In this document: positions 13,005 to 25,805 of the stretch, piece after piece
Layout of the letters: each line of letters begins with the position of its first letter
How positions within the stretch are numbered: position 1 is the first letter of the stretch
Assembly: GCA_036785375.1 (NCBI GenBank)
Contig: JAWMAR010000065.1
Span: 6,820,001-6,884,000 of the forward strand
Direction of reading: 5' to 3'
Length of the DNA stretch: 64,000 nt
Source of the DNA: Leucoraja ocellata
Lineage: Eukaryota
Translations under genes and position numbers: made by a program
Notes under the pieces: model-generated
Databases searched by the model: none
The model's input: only the letters and a program-made list of their open reading frames with translations
Told to the model about the DNA's origin: nothing

Positions 13005-13154
13005 ACAGTTCAATCACTCACGGCTGGTGGACTCACAGTTCACTCACTCATGGCTGGTGGACTCACAGTTCACTCACTCACGGCTGGTGGACTCACAGTT
13101 CACTCACTCACGGCTGGTGGACTCACAGTTCACTCACTCACGGCTGATAGACTC
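13005..13154. repeat. 30-bp minisatellite, 5 units, inside the Helitron
   Basis: (cacagttcactcactcacggctggtggact)n. Confidence 0.95.
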
Positions 13155-13159
13155 ATCCA

Positions 13160-13520
13160 TCACACACACACACACCCTCCATCTCACACACACACGTGCG
13201 CACGCACACACACACACACCCTCCATCTCTCTCTCACACACACACTCTATCTCACATACACACACCCTCCATCTCTCTCTCACACACACACTCTATCTCA
13301 CACACACACTCTATCTNNNNNNNNNNNNNNNNNNNNNNNNNNNNNNNNNNNNNNNNNNNNNNNNNNNNNNNNNNNNNNNNNNNNNNNNNNNNNNNNNNNN
13401 NNNNNNNNNNNNNNNNNNNNNNNNNNNNNNNNNNNNNNNNNNNNNNNNNNNNNNNNNNNNNNNNNNNNNNNNNACACCCTCCATCTCACACACACGCACC
13501 CTCCTTCACACACACACATC
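13160..13520. repeat. Compound (CA)n/(CT)n microsatellite with N-run 13317-13473
   Basis: Visible directly in the sequence. Confidence 0.95.
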
Positions 13521-13563
13521 TGGAACATACGACAATAAAACTCTCTTGATTATACTCACGCCC

Positions 13564-13725
13564 GACTTCTGGACTGAGCGAGGCCTTGGACTCAGATCTG
13601 ATTTCTGGACTCAGGTCCGATTTCTGGACTGAGCGCGACCTCTGGACTGATCGCGACTTCCGGACTGATCGCGACTTCCGGAATGAGCGCGACTTCTGCA
13701 CTGAGCGCGACCTCTAGACTCAGCC
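13564..13725. repeat. 18-bp minisatellite, ~9 units, inside the Helitron
   Basis: (gacttctggactgagcgc)n with variant units. Confidence 0.9.
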
Positions 13726-14816
13726 ACGGCTTGTAGACTCACAGTTCAGTCACTAACAGCTTGTTCTGGACTCACCTCTCACTCACAGCTTCCAGGCTGA
13801 CTGACTCACGCCCGATCTCCAGGGCTTTATTCTCCCTGCCCCCGGAAGGGGCGTTACCTTCATGGTGAGTGACCGGCGAGAAGACCAATCTGCTGTTCTC
13901 ATGCTTTTTTAAAACTTCATAACTTTTCTATCATTTCACCGATCAGAACAAAACTTGGTGCGCTTGGAGCAGAGGAGAACGGTGAGTAAGGTGGCGGAAA
14001 AAATCCTAGCGATGTAGGGTAGCGTTTTTGCGCAAATTTAATTACAATGCAGACCGGAAGTGGTCAATATGAGAGTTTTAGTAATAGTATAGATAAATTG
14101 CTAGTTGGTCAGTAGCGTTATTACCCCCTAGATAATTCGTGAAGGAATTACAGTGAGTAAATACTGTGCTTTGCTCAATACCAATAAAATAAATGTATGC
14201 TCCTTGCACAGCAGTTGCATGAATAAAAATAATGTGGATGGTTACTGATTGCATTTCCAATAACGCATAAAGCTATTATTATTCATTCAATGCAAATCAA
14301 AGAATAAATGTGTCTTTGTAATTCAGCTGTTAACTCAATTGGTTCTGATGTTTATTATGCAATTCCAAGTGCGAAAGGTTACAACAAGAACCTAGGTGAC
14401 ACACACACAGCAAATAATAGCATGCAAATAGACATTCCTGAAGGTACAACCTTGTGATGCCAAGAAGCACTCTGATCTTCCAATTGTCCTTAACAAATAT
14501 AAAGTTCATGACGATCCTGCACATGTTAGCACAATCCAGATTACCTTTCACAGCGAGCTTCCTCAATGATTTACTCAAAGGTGTTACTTTTAATTTAATT
14601 GCTGTGTGTCAGAGAGAGAGGCAGATAGGCAAACAGTGTTTTATTCTGCAGGTCTGGTTGAATGACATTCCGAAGAAACCAGCAACAAAAACGACGTTTG
14701 ACAGCACTTTTAATATCTTAGAACATCCTAACGTGCTTCACTAGCATGCTATCAAACAAAGCTGGCACCAATGTATGCAGGGCAATAGGCTGGGGTTAAA
14801 GCTTGGATATAAGAAC

Positions 14817-16228
14817 CAGGGCTGCCAACATTGGGTGAGTTGAGAGTTGAGAAATTGTGAGGGAGGGTGTGGGAGGGGGGGGGAGGGGCTGTTCCCCCTC
14901 CCATAGTAGGCTCCGGAGGCGGCACCAACGCTCCCACTCACCCGGTCCGCTCCTGGCTCCGGGCCGGGGTTAAAACTCCATGGGGTGTGGACAGAGCGGT
15001 CGACGGACATAGAGCCGCCGGAGGTGAGGGTGGGAGGTGTGTGCCGTGCCTCAGGGTGGAAGGGGGAGGGGGGTTGGTGCTGGGACCACCGCCGTCGTGT
15101 CTCACCTATCACACCATCTGCATGGGAGAAACTAAACTACTTTTTTTCCCCCCAAAATCATCCCGCAGGCCGGTAGTTTGATAGCCCTGCTTTAAACCAA
15201 TCCCCTCTAGTGCTTGAATCACATATCCTGGGAAAAAGACTATGCATTCACCTGATATTACCCTCATGGTTTTTACTCACCTCTAAAACAATTTTTGCTT
15301 CATTTTGAACTTTCAGCAACCGCAGATATTTGAGCGTGAGAAATTTTGTGATCAGCGTGAGAACATGAGAATTTTGTGAAATGCGTGAGTCTCACGCTCA
15401 ATGCGTGAGAGTTGGCAGTCCTGCTAATAATGCAAACATTTTATGCAAGTTCCAATTGTTTGGACAAAAATCACTTATTACTGCTATATAACAGTTAAGT
15501 TACTTTAAGACCATTTCAGAAATGATGGCACTCAACAAACAATCAACTAACAAATTAAAGCAAACTAAAAAGAAATAACATGTTCCCTTCCCTGACTCTA
15601 CCTCATAAGTACTTTAACGCTGTTAACAGAGCAAAGGGATATTAATCTCACGAATCAAAATAGGGAAAGTGGGGGCAATTTTGCTTAAATGGCCATTCTA
15701 AGCCCATTCAGATCTTCACAGAGTCAGAGTTATACAACATGTACGTGACTGGCCCAATTTGTCCACAATGATCAAGTTGGCATTCTGCGTGCCCAGGGAC
15801 TGGCTGCCGTTCCCAGATCAGCTCGCGTCCCAGGGACTGGCTGCAGTTCTCAGGTCGGCTCGCCTGCCCCGACCCTGCGAAAACGAATTGAAAAAAAACG
15901 CGGTTTTTCGGGTTACGGGCCGGATTCAGCCCGTGTGCCGTAGGATGTTTGGCCTCATTGTGGTCCTCCCCATGTTTTACAACCGATTCACCTGGTTAGC
16001 TGCTTCATGTTGTCGGCGGCTGCACATCCAACCAAGAAGGAGGGGAGAGAAGAGATGCAACGTCACTCACAGCCGGCAAATGACGCGCTTCCCCAGACCG
16101 CACAGATCATTGTGATATGGCGCAAAAAGACAAACTGTGCAGGGACTGAAGACAGCGTGAGAATTCTGTCATCAGCGTGAGAATTGGCTGAAAGCCCTGT
16201 CTAAGGCCAGGATGTGACAACAGACGCA
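14817..16228 (+). mobile_element. Right-truncated copy of the composite TIR element found at 50450-52841
   Basis: Starts cagggctgccaac; colinear with 50450-51852. Confidence 0.9.
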
Positions 16229-16569
16229 TGTAGTTCTGTGACTTGGGTCATGAAACACTGGAATAAGGCTCCTCGGCCCACAGCCTAATATGAAAGTAAG
16301 AGCAGACAGAGGCCTTCAGCCTTACTTCCTGCCTTGTCAATCAATATGATAATGGCTGATCTGCCCTGACTTGCTCTTCTCCTCCAATCCATTTCCCAAA
16401 TCCTAAATCTCCTGATCATTAAAATTAAATGCAGCTACTTCCTTATGACATACCTCCACTGATCCAGCCTCCACATTCTTGCCGGGTTCTGGATGTTCAC
16501 TGGACGTAGGTTTAAAGGAGCTTTTTAAGTGAGGCGAGATGGGTGAGGAGATAGGGGAGGGAATTTCAG

Positions 16570-16795
16570 AGTGTAATAAAAAGGAACTGCAGATCCTGGT
16601 TTATACCAAAGGTAGAAACAAAATGCTGGAGTAACTCCGCAGGTCAGTTGAGCATCTCTGGAGAAAATGGATATGTGAGGTTTCGGGTCAGGACCCTTAG
16701 TGTGAAGAAGGGTCCCAACCTAAAACGTTACCTGTCCATTTTCTCCAGAGATGCTGCCTGACCTGCTGATTTACTCCAGCATCTTGTATCTAGCT
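16570..16795. mobile_element. Penelope-derived fold-back element
   Basis: aggaactgcagat...gctggagtaactc...gaagaagggtcccaacctaaaacgtta...actccagcatc. Confidence 0.75.
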
Positions 16796-17359
16796 CAGAG
16801 AATTTCAGATCTTGGGACTTTGATAGCTGAAGGCACAGTCAGACTTCAGCATTATCTGGAGGGGAGAAATGGAGGATTGTGGACGTGTTAGTGGGCTCTA
16901 GGTCTAAGGAAGGAGGGGCAAGATTATGAACGGATTTGTAAATAATGATGAAATGTTAAAACCAACGCACCAGTCAGTCTTGGTATGGGAACGCTAGGTG
17001 GGCAGCAGAATTTGTATTTCACAGCAGCCATTCCTTTGTAATACAAACTGACCTAGTTTGACCCGACTTTGTATAAGATCTTCTCAGGCTCTTGTGTGGG
17101 TTGATCTCCCTCCTGTCTCCTTCCTGGTCGTTCCAAAGAACTCAAGATGCTGCAGGCATTCTCATCTGCCATTAAGCCAATCAACTTGTTTCCTCAAAAA
17201 CATCTTGTAATCTTAGCATTTTTTAACTGTGGTAAATGAAATTAATGCCTTATGATTGACCATATCTCTATTGTTATGAATACCTCATTGCCTTATCATT
17301 TAAACAATAGTTGATGTGATTTTTCTACTTCATTCATCTGTTTTTCAAAATGTTATGGT

Positions 17360-17620
17360 AAACCAGACCAGACTGCACCATCCTACCAACAACTAGAGAG
17401 CAGTCCTGAGCAGCTATCTATCTCATTGGAGACCCTCAGACTATCTTTGATCGGACTTTACTGGATTTATCTTGCACTAAACGTTATTCACCTAATTCCC
17501 TTTATCATGTACACTGCGGATGGCTCGTTTATAATCATGTATTTCCTTTCTCCTTACTGGTTAGCACGCAACAAAAGCTTTTCACTACCTTGGTACACGT
17601 GACAATAAACTAAACTCAAA
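17360..17620 (+). mobile_element. Rex1-type LINE 3' UTR fragment
   Basis: Ends ...ggtacacgtgacaataaactaaact, the tgacaat tail signature seen on the other Rex1 copies. Confidence 0.55.
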
Positions 17621-17807
17621 ATGGATGTGACTGCTTGAAGCAGTTTCTGCCTCCGTCGCAGTTCAAAGATATGACTTGACCTTAGTTTGCCCATCGAGGT
17701 TGAGGATGACTACCTTCTGCTCCCTATCTGTGCACTCTGAGGCAAGTGAGGCACTCCGCAACTGTGACTCTATTTTTGATATGAGTGTCCTTGACCATCC
17801 CAGTCTG

Positions 17808-18846
17808 TTAGGTTAGACAAGCACTCCTCTCCAACCCTCACCCTGAACACTGGCGTTCCACAGGGCTGTGTGCTGAGCCCCCTCCTCTACTCCCTCTTCA
17901 CCTACGACTGCACACCTGTACATGGTACTAACACCATCATCAAGTGTGCAGATGATACAACGGTGATTGGCCTCATCAGCAACAACGATGAGTCGGCCTA
18001 TAGGGAGGAGGTCCAGCGCCTAGCAGCATGGTGCGCTGACAACAACCTGGCCCTTAACTCCAAGACGACCAAGGAGCTCATTGTAGACTTCAGGAAGTCT
18101 AGGGGCGGCACGCACACCCCCATCCACATCAACGGGACGGAGGTGGAACGTGTTTCCAGCTTCAGGTTCCTGGGGGTCAACATCTCTGATGACCTCTCTT
18201 GGACCCACAATACCTCAACTCTGGTCAAGAAGGCTCACCAGCGTCTCTTCTTCCTGAGGAGACTGAAGAAGGTCCATCTGTCTCCCCAGATTCTGGTGAA
18301 CCTCTACCGCTGCACCATCGAGAGCATCCTTACCAACTGTATCACAGTATGGTATGGCAACTGCTCTGTTTCTGACCGGAAAGCACTGCAGAGGGTGGTG
18401 AAAATTGCCCAACGCATCACCGGTTCCTCGCTCCCCTCCATTGAGTCTGTCCAAAGCAAGCGTTGTCTGCGAAGGGCGCTCAGCATCGCCAAGGACTGCT
18501 CTCACCCCAACCATGGACTGTTTACCCTTCTACCATCCGGGAGGCACTACAGGTCTCTCCATTGCCGGATCAGCAGGTCCAGGAACAGCTTCTTCCCTGC
18601 GGCTGTCACACTACTCAACACTGTACCTCGGTGACTGCCAATCTCAACACCCCCCCCCCCCCCCCCCCCGGACACTCCACCCACCAGGAAAACACTATGA
18701 CTGTATGCATGTAAATAGATGTATCTATTGCTCATATTCTATGTCGCTCTTCCAGGGAGATAGGGAGATGCTAACTGCATTTTGTTGTCTCTGCACTGTT
18801 CACTGACAATGACAATTAAAGTTGAATCTGAATCTGAATCTGAATC
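17808..18846 (+). mobile_element. Rex1/Babar-clade LINE, 5'-truncated RT with (GAATCT)n tail
   Basis: [58 protein letters not shown]. Confidence 0.93.
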
Positions 18847-20619
18847 CCACATCAATATACATGTTCCAGCTTTGCTGCCATTCGTGATCACCAAGAAATT
18901 GAAAAGTCCAGAAGCCAATTAAAAAAAACCCCCAAAGCCTTAGGAGTAGATTGCAACCCAGCTAATGTTTTTAAACTTAGCAGTGGGGCGTCTCTGTCAC
19001 CAATTCACAATACCATCACCCACATATGGAAAGAGGAACAAATGCCATGAGTGCTGTAATGCTGACCATCCTCATGAATGGATCAGTTCCAACCCTGGTA
19101 AGGACAGAGGGAACTCCTGCTACCTGCCATAGAGAAAGTCATTACCGGGCTTTTTTCTAAATGCCTCCTACGAGCTGCTGACGAGCTGCTTCCAAACTGC
19201 AGTGTTGATTTCATCTATCTTTCGGCACAGTTGACATGATCTTTACAGCGTGACTAAATTTGTTGTGGAGTTTGAATTTATGCCCGTTTTAAGCTTGGGC
19301 TCATTGGGGTTTACCTGAAACTCTCTCTTGAATGGAAGTGCTTTGACTACACACACTGCTATGATTCAAGAAGGTGGCTCACATCAACGCCACGCCCCAG
19401 AGTGTACGGGGACCGCTGGTCGGTGGGTCGAAGAGTCTGTTTCTGCACTGTATCTCTAACCTAAACTAGTGGGATGCAACTTACCGAAACCACCCTTCTG
19501 GAATTCAGTCTAAACAAGGAACATTATAGTTGGCAATGAAAATGTCACTGCCAGTTTGATCATAAACATTTCAAGCTAAAAATTCTTCTGCCAACAAAAT
19601 TAAACCTACAACCTCATCAACTTTCCCCATATATCTGTCTGCGGCTTTTTGCTCATTAGTCGTATCTGGTATTTAGATCGTTGCTTGTATAAAGACATAA
19701 CTGAAGAATTGGTGTACTGACTGCTTGAGGCGCAGTTCTACGTTTCACACTGAGGAGACAAAGTTTCAGTGTGAGTGATATATTAGCCTTGTGATATTGT
19801 CATGCTTATTTGAGAAGACAGCCGATGAATACACTGGAAGATTTAGTTGTGCAAGATAAATTCTCTAGTTACTCGACAAAGACACGAACCATCAAACTAT
19901 TGCGTGGGAGATGGAAAATGATTTCCTTCATGTTATTACAACGTTTAAAGACAACATTGTCTCATTTTTCACTAAAGACCTTTTGAGTTTGTCAGAGCAT
20001 TTTTGAAGGTTGGAAGATTTTGCCTCTTTCTGTAAATTATCTAGCCCCTCTGCAGCATCTAAAATGATATTATACTGTACTTTGGAGGAACTGTCTAATA
20101 GGATCCTGTAAATTATTTCCATGTAAGTAAAAAAAAAACAAGACTTCAGTCTTTTTGTAATTGGATCCTAAGCTTTATATTTTATGGATTTAGGTAATAT
20201 AATGAGAACAGCTCATAAATGTCAATGTGTTATATACAGCAAAAATGGGTAATTGGCAGGCCATGGGTTTTTCTGTTACGTGGAAAGGAATTTAAAAGAC
20301 TGAAAGTAGGACAATATCAATGTGGTTTATATCCATTTATCCGTAGGAACACTGCATAATTTACTCGGCTATGAGTAAGGGCGTTCATTTGCTTTGGTCC
20401 CATATGTAAAATATATATAATGTTATAATGTGCTTGTGCTTAATGTCTACTGGAGATATAAAAATAATCAAAGGAAAGACAAACCAGGGCAGATAAATGG
20501 ATGCTGTACAAAACATAAGTGGCTCAAAATTATGCCATCAATTGTTATCTGTAGAAAAACAAAGTCTTTATATTTTCATCAGAACCAAATATTGCTGACA
20601 ACAAGCACAGAAACATCAG

Positions 20620-21230
20620 ACTCAGGAGCAGCTTCAATCCTCTGTTATCAGGCTTCTGAACGGTCGTTCCATAAACTAGGGTAATGTCCAATTCACCTCT
20701 ACTCTATTGAGGACACTGGATTTTGTCTATGGAGCTGTTGCGCTACAATGCTGATTTTAGTTTAGTTTAGTTTAGTTTAGTTTAGTTTAATCTACAGTGC
20801 GAAAACAGGTCCTTTGGGCCACCGAGTCCGCACTGACCAGCGATTCCCGTACATTAACACCATTCTACACTAGGGACAATTTTTACAATTACACCAAGCC
20901 AGTTAACCTACAAACATGTACGTCTTCGGAGTGTGGGAGGAAACCGAAGTTCTCGGATAAAACCCACGCAGGTCATGGGGAGAACGTACAAACTCCATAC
21001 AGACAAGCACCTGTAGCCAGGATCGAACCCAGGTCTCTGATGCTGTAAGAGCTCTAAAGCAGCAACTCTACCGCTGCGCAAGAACTATATTCTGCACTCG
21101 ATCACTCTTTGGTCCGCCTATTGTATTTGAGTTTGCCATGATTATATTTATGTATAGCATTATCTGATCTGATTGGATGCCATGCAAAACTAAGCTTCTC
21201 ACTGAACCTCGACACACCTGACAATCTTAC
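20620..21230 (+). mobile_element. Rex1-type LINE 3' end split by a V-SINE
   Basis: ctcaggagcagcttc...gctg [SINE] agaactatattctgcac...cacacctgacaat. Confidence 0.55.
20755..21080 (-). mobile_element. V-SINE with (tttag)n tail
   Basis: Same family as 5828-6128. Confidence 0.9.
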
Positions 21231-21231
21231 T

Positions 21232-21376
21232 AGTAACTCAGCGGGACAGGCAGCATCTCTGATCCGAAACGTCACACATTCCTTCTCTCCAGAGATGTTG
21301 CCTGTCCCGCTGAGTTACTCCAGCTATTTGTGTCTATCTTCGGTTTAAACCAGCATCTGTAGTTCCTTCTTACATA
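21232..21376. mobile_element. Penelope-derived fold-back element, internally deleted
   Basis: agtaactcagcgggacaggcagcatctctg...ccgaaacgtc...cctgtcccgctgagttactcc. Confidence 0.75.
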
Positions 21377-22414
21377 GTATTACTAGTACCCATGGTAATG
21401 TACACAAAGAGTAGAGAGAAGCCATTAAGAATACAAAGGACGTTAATGCATTCATATGCATTTATAAAGCAATGAGAAGCAATTCAGAAAAAAACCCTTA
21501 AGATAAATGGAGACATAAAGAGGGCGATGTGGTTAGGAAATGGGAAAAAGCAAAAGGCTGAGGTAAAGGGGGAACGAAGATTGCACTTTAGAAATAAAAT
21601 ATTAAAACAAATTTGTCTTTTCACGTTAACTCTGATTTGCCCAAAAAACAATTTGGTTCATTAGCTTCCTAAAGCAAAGATGGAAATGAGCCTCCTCTAA
21701 TTTGTAGATTACTGGTGATTATTTTAACTGCAGAGTTTCTACCAACAATTAAATATGTGGTTCAGTGCCTAAAGTGTTCACTGGAAACAAGTGAAGAACT
21801 CATGAATCAAAGTAAAAAAGGTCAGACAATGAGACCTTGGCTGGAGTTTCAATCGGGCCCAAGCAGGGAAGTTGCTGAACCGTTCCCACAAAGATGAAAG
21901 CGGATCAGGCACTGCTTGCACTGGTGCGCTTTTCCTTTAGTTTTGGTTGGGGTCTCCATTGAGACAATGAGGCCAGGTGCTGGACGACTCCAGCCAGAAA
22001 CCTGGGCCTGTGAGTGGGGTTGTTACACATTTAAAGCTCTTCTGCATCACCAGGCTGAAGCCAGGTGGATCATCAACTCATGAGGATTAAAAGCACCAAA
22101 AATAAACCATATCAGGCTAGCTTATTCTTCCATTTACCACTGGAATAGAAACATAGTATCAACATGGGGTAGGGCCATAGAATGTTTACAGACTAGTTTT
22201 AACATGTAGAAATTGTTGATTGTACTTTTCCACCTTATAATTGCATTTTTAAATGTGTATATATTTTGAAGAAGTGCTTGTCTGAGTTTTATTTGGGGAG
22301 GGGATAGGGAAGGATGGCAGTGGGGCAGGGATGAAGTGCAAGGCTGGTACAACAGCTGGTTGGGAACACAAAGCATAGGCTCCAAGAGGCCGACTGATAG
22401 TCTGCCCTTCCTTA

Positions 22415-22775
22415 ACAATCTCTCTTATCAGCATTCTGGTCAAAGTTTCAGTCTGAAGAAGGGTTCCGACTCGTAATGCCAGATATGCTGCCTGGCCCGC
22501 TGAGTAACTCCAGCACTTTGTGTCTATCTTCAGCATTCTGGTAAACCTCTTCTGCATCTTCTGCTAAACCTCCACATTCTCCTGTAATGGGATGACCAGA
22601 ACTGCACAGAATACTCCAAATGTGGCCGAATCAAAGTTTTATAAAGCTGCAAAATGACTTTTATATTCAGTGCTCTGACCAACGAAGTCAAGCAGATCAT
22701 ATACCGTCTTCACCAACTCTACCCACTTGTGTTATCACTTTCAAGGCACTATATACTTGGATCCCAAGGTCCCTG
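22415..22775 (-). mobile_element. CR1 fragment interrupted by a hammerhead-bearing pLTR piece (~22450-22530)
   Basis: cagcattctggt repeated at ~22428 and ~22531 around tctgaagaagggttccgactcg; QKRFTRML on minus. Confidence 0.65.
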
Positions 22776-22988
22776 CATTTTTACACCTACATTTACGTCC
22801 ATGAAACACCACTGGTAGAGATCCTTGTACAGAGTTTGCTATTCTCAATTTTCTTTATCCTGGAGAATACGGAAATTAAATAAGATTTCCCAGAAGCTGC
22901 AGAGAACAATCTGGGAAATAAATCTACCTGCGGGTACAGGGAGGACTGCGTGTGACCGAGCAGTAGATTGAATCAGCATGCAGGATAA

Positions 22989-23206
22989 TGCCCCTGTTCC
23001 GCTTAGGAAACCTTAACGGAAACCTCTGGAGACTTTGCGCCCCACCCAAGGTTTACGTGCGGTTCCCGGAGGTTGCAGGTGGTTGCCAGAGGTTGCAGGT
23101 AGTGGAAGCAGGTGGGGAGACTGACATAAACCTCCGGGAACCTTGGGTGGGGGGGCGCAAAGTCTCCAGAGATTTCCGTTCAGGTTTCCTAAGTGGGACA
23201 GGGGCA
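22989..23206. mobile_element. PIF/Harbinger (Tourist)-like MITE with long TIRs
   Basis: tgcccctgttccgcttaggaaacc... / ...ggtttcctaagtgggacaggggca; TAA on both sides (22986-22988, 23207-23209). Confidence 0.85.
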
Positions 23207-24999
23207 TAAAGGTCTAGTTCAACCACCAGCGTGACAAATTTTCTTTCCCCTGGAACCTCTGCTCCACTCCCAGGAGAGAGGGCCACTATCTCCAGGACGG
23301 TGTGCGTGGCCTGAGTGTGGACAAAGAGAGGTGGCCTTTATTACGACAAGATCTGAAAGCATGTCACAAAATGGATGTCTGATACAAATTGTCGACTAGA
23401 TTGGAAACCGCTCACTGCTCATTCCTGGTTGATTGGTTGTTGCTTGGAGGTCGGCCATTAATCCGATTCTATCACATATCACATCTGATGTAACTGCACC
23501 CAGGGCATCTCGCCTTGTGATGAAACCTCCCAGAGTAGATGCAACAAGAATTGTCCACCCTGTCCTTGAATCACGGCAATGATAGATGACGTTGTTTCTT
23601 GCCAATGATTATCCTCGTCGTTCCGGATCTGTTGACCTTCCTCGATTTCCTGCCTCCGTTGCAGCACGCCCAATTATGTCCATCATTTGGTGCAATCAAC
23701 TTCAGTGGCAATTCCCTCCCTTAGTCTGAAATACTTCTGCCAGAATTCTCTATGAATTCATAAATTAAAAATGTACAAATCTAATGCTCAGATATTGGAT
23801 CTGTTACCAGAGTGAATAATTTATCTGCTTGAATTTCATTAATCACGTACAAGTACTCGTCCTGATAATTAAGTCTATAATGAGAAGCGATTTTTAGGCA
23901 ACGTTATAGGTTAACCTGCAGGGTATGTTGCCAGAATTGCTACCCTGGCTTCATTAATGTAGATATGTTGGATGGTTGACATATAAATGCATATATAATA
24001 GAGTAAATGGAGAAGTAATCTGGGAGAGAAATGAGACTGGAGAAATGATCTTTCATTAGGCTCTCAATAAAATTCGGAGATTAGAGAACAGAAGAGTTGG
24101 AACTAAAATGCTGATAGGATCAGGAATGGTTATTGGAGAGGAAATTTATGAATGGGAATAAACGGAGATTTGGTGGCCTGTTTCTTAGAGAGAAATAACA
24201 TTTCTGAACGCTTTCAATAAGATGACCCATGAGCGGATCTTTATAGAGAAACGGCTTGATTAAAGTCTTCACGCATGCCGCAATATGCTATCGCAGTATT
24301 GCAAGAGCAATATAGTCGTGGACTGACCAACGAAGGCAAGCATGCCAAATACCTTCGTCACTACCCTGTCCACCTGTGTTTTTCCACTTTCAGAGAACTA
24401 TCTGACTGAGGGGGGCAGCAAATTATAGAACATTGCACAATTTCTTCACCTTGGTTGAACACTGCAACACTGGAGCAGCGGTCTGTGGAGTGACTGATCA
24501 TACCAATCAGCTTCAGCACTTCAATGAAGATTGTGAGTCACTAATCACTGTCAAACATTTTTGGTGCCAGAGGCAAGGTGGAAATGGCCTACATCTGCAC
24601 TATTCAACATGAAGGATCCAAGGGCCCATTCCATTAAAGCATTTTGCTCCCCCATTGAGGAATCAGATACAATAATTTTGCTCAAAGATGTCTGCTCAGC
24701 AGAATATGAGCATGCACTAATCCAATTACATTAGCTTGGGTAGGGCCAGTCCACGCCTCATACAATGATTGCCTTTAAGCAGTGAACAGTAACACATACT
24801 TTGCCAGCAATGCTAAATGGAGAGTTCCCTTAAAGAACTCTCTATAAAGCACCTAAAATGTATGGTCACTTTAAGAGAATAGTCATAGTTATCTCGGATG
24901 GAAATCATAGTTATCTAAGGTTCTGCATGGTAGGCTGCTCTGGATGGTTAGATCACATGGGATCTACGAAGAGAGAGCTGACTGGATAGAAAATGGTGT

Positions 25000-25805
25000 G
25001 ACACAAAAGTGGGTGGTATTGTAGATAGTGAAAATGGTTGTCAGAAATTGCAGTAGGATCTTGATTGGTTTGGCAGGTGGGCAGTATAACAAGGGCAGGA
25101 CATACAGTAAATGGCAGGGCTCAGGGGAGTGTCGTAGAGCAGAGGGAGCTAGCAGTGCGGGTACATGGTTCCTTGAAAGTGGCGTCACAGGTAGATAGGG
25201 TGGTCAAGAAGACTTTTGGCACATTTGACCTTCATCAGTCAGAGTATTGAGTATAGAAGTTGGGAGGTCATGTTACAGTTGTACAAGACATTGGTGAGGC
25301 CACATTTAGAGTATTGTGTTCAGTTTTGGTCAACATCTTACAGGAAAACTGCTGTCAAGTTGGAAAGGAGGCAGAGAAGATTCATGAGGATGTTACCAGG
25401 GCTCGAGGGCCTGAGCTATAGGGGGAGGCTGAGCAAGCTAGTACTTTATCCATTGGAGTACAGGAGGATGAGGGGCGATCTTAGAGAGGTGTACAAGATC
25501 AAGTCTTCTGCCCAGAGTAGGGGAATCGAGAACCAGAGGACATAGGTTTAAGATAAAGGGGAAAGATTTAATAGGAACCTGAGGGGTAACCCATTTACCC
25601 AAAGGGTGGTGGGTACATGAAACTGGAGGAGTAAGCTGTGGCAGGTAATATCATAATGTTTAAGATAAATATGGACAGGTGCATAGATGGGATTAGTTTA
25701 GAGGGGTATTTTCCAAGCACGGGCAGGTGGTACTAATGTAGATGGGACATATTGGTCGGCGCGGGTAAGTTGGGCCAAAGGGCCTGTTTCTATGACTCTA
25801 TGACG
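25000..25805 (+). mobile_element. CR1/HER1-like 3' portion
   Basis: LYKTLVRPHLEYCVQFWS, LEGLSYRGRL; tail ctatgactctatga. Confidence 0.92.

Larger units (their letters stand above)
12796..14093 (-). mobile_element. Non-autonomous Helitron
   Basis: Minus strand A|TCtatactattactaaaa ... GC-rich hairpin (12806-12824) ... cttagtCTAG|T; inserted between A and T with no TSD. Confidence 0.88.

Noticed and set aside
12978-13701. Long ORFs and a CRISPR-like look of the 30-bp and 18-bp arrays
   Set aside because: The units are head-to-tail with no unique spacers; the ORFs are artefacts of stop-free repeats and N-runs
19928-20128. 64-aa minus-strand ORF, and a plus-strand microexon DPVNYFH before gtaagt
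   Set aside because: No recognisable homology; the plus-strand acceptor lacks a pyrimidine tract and upstream frames are closed
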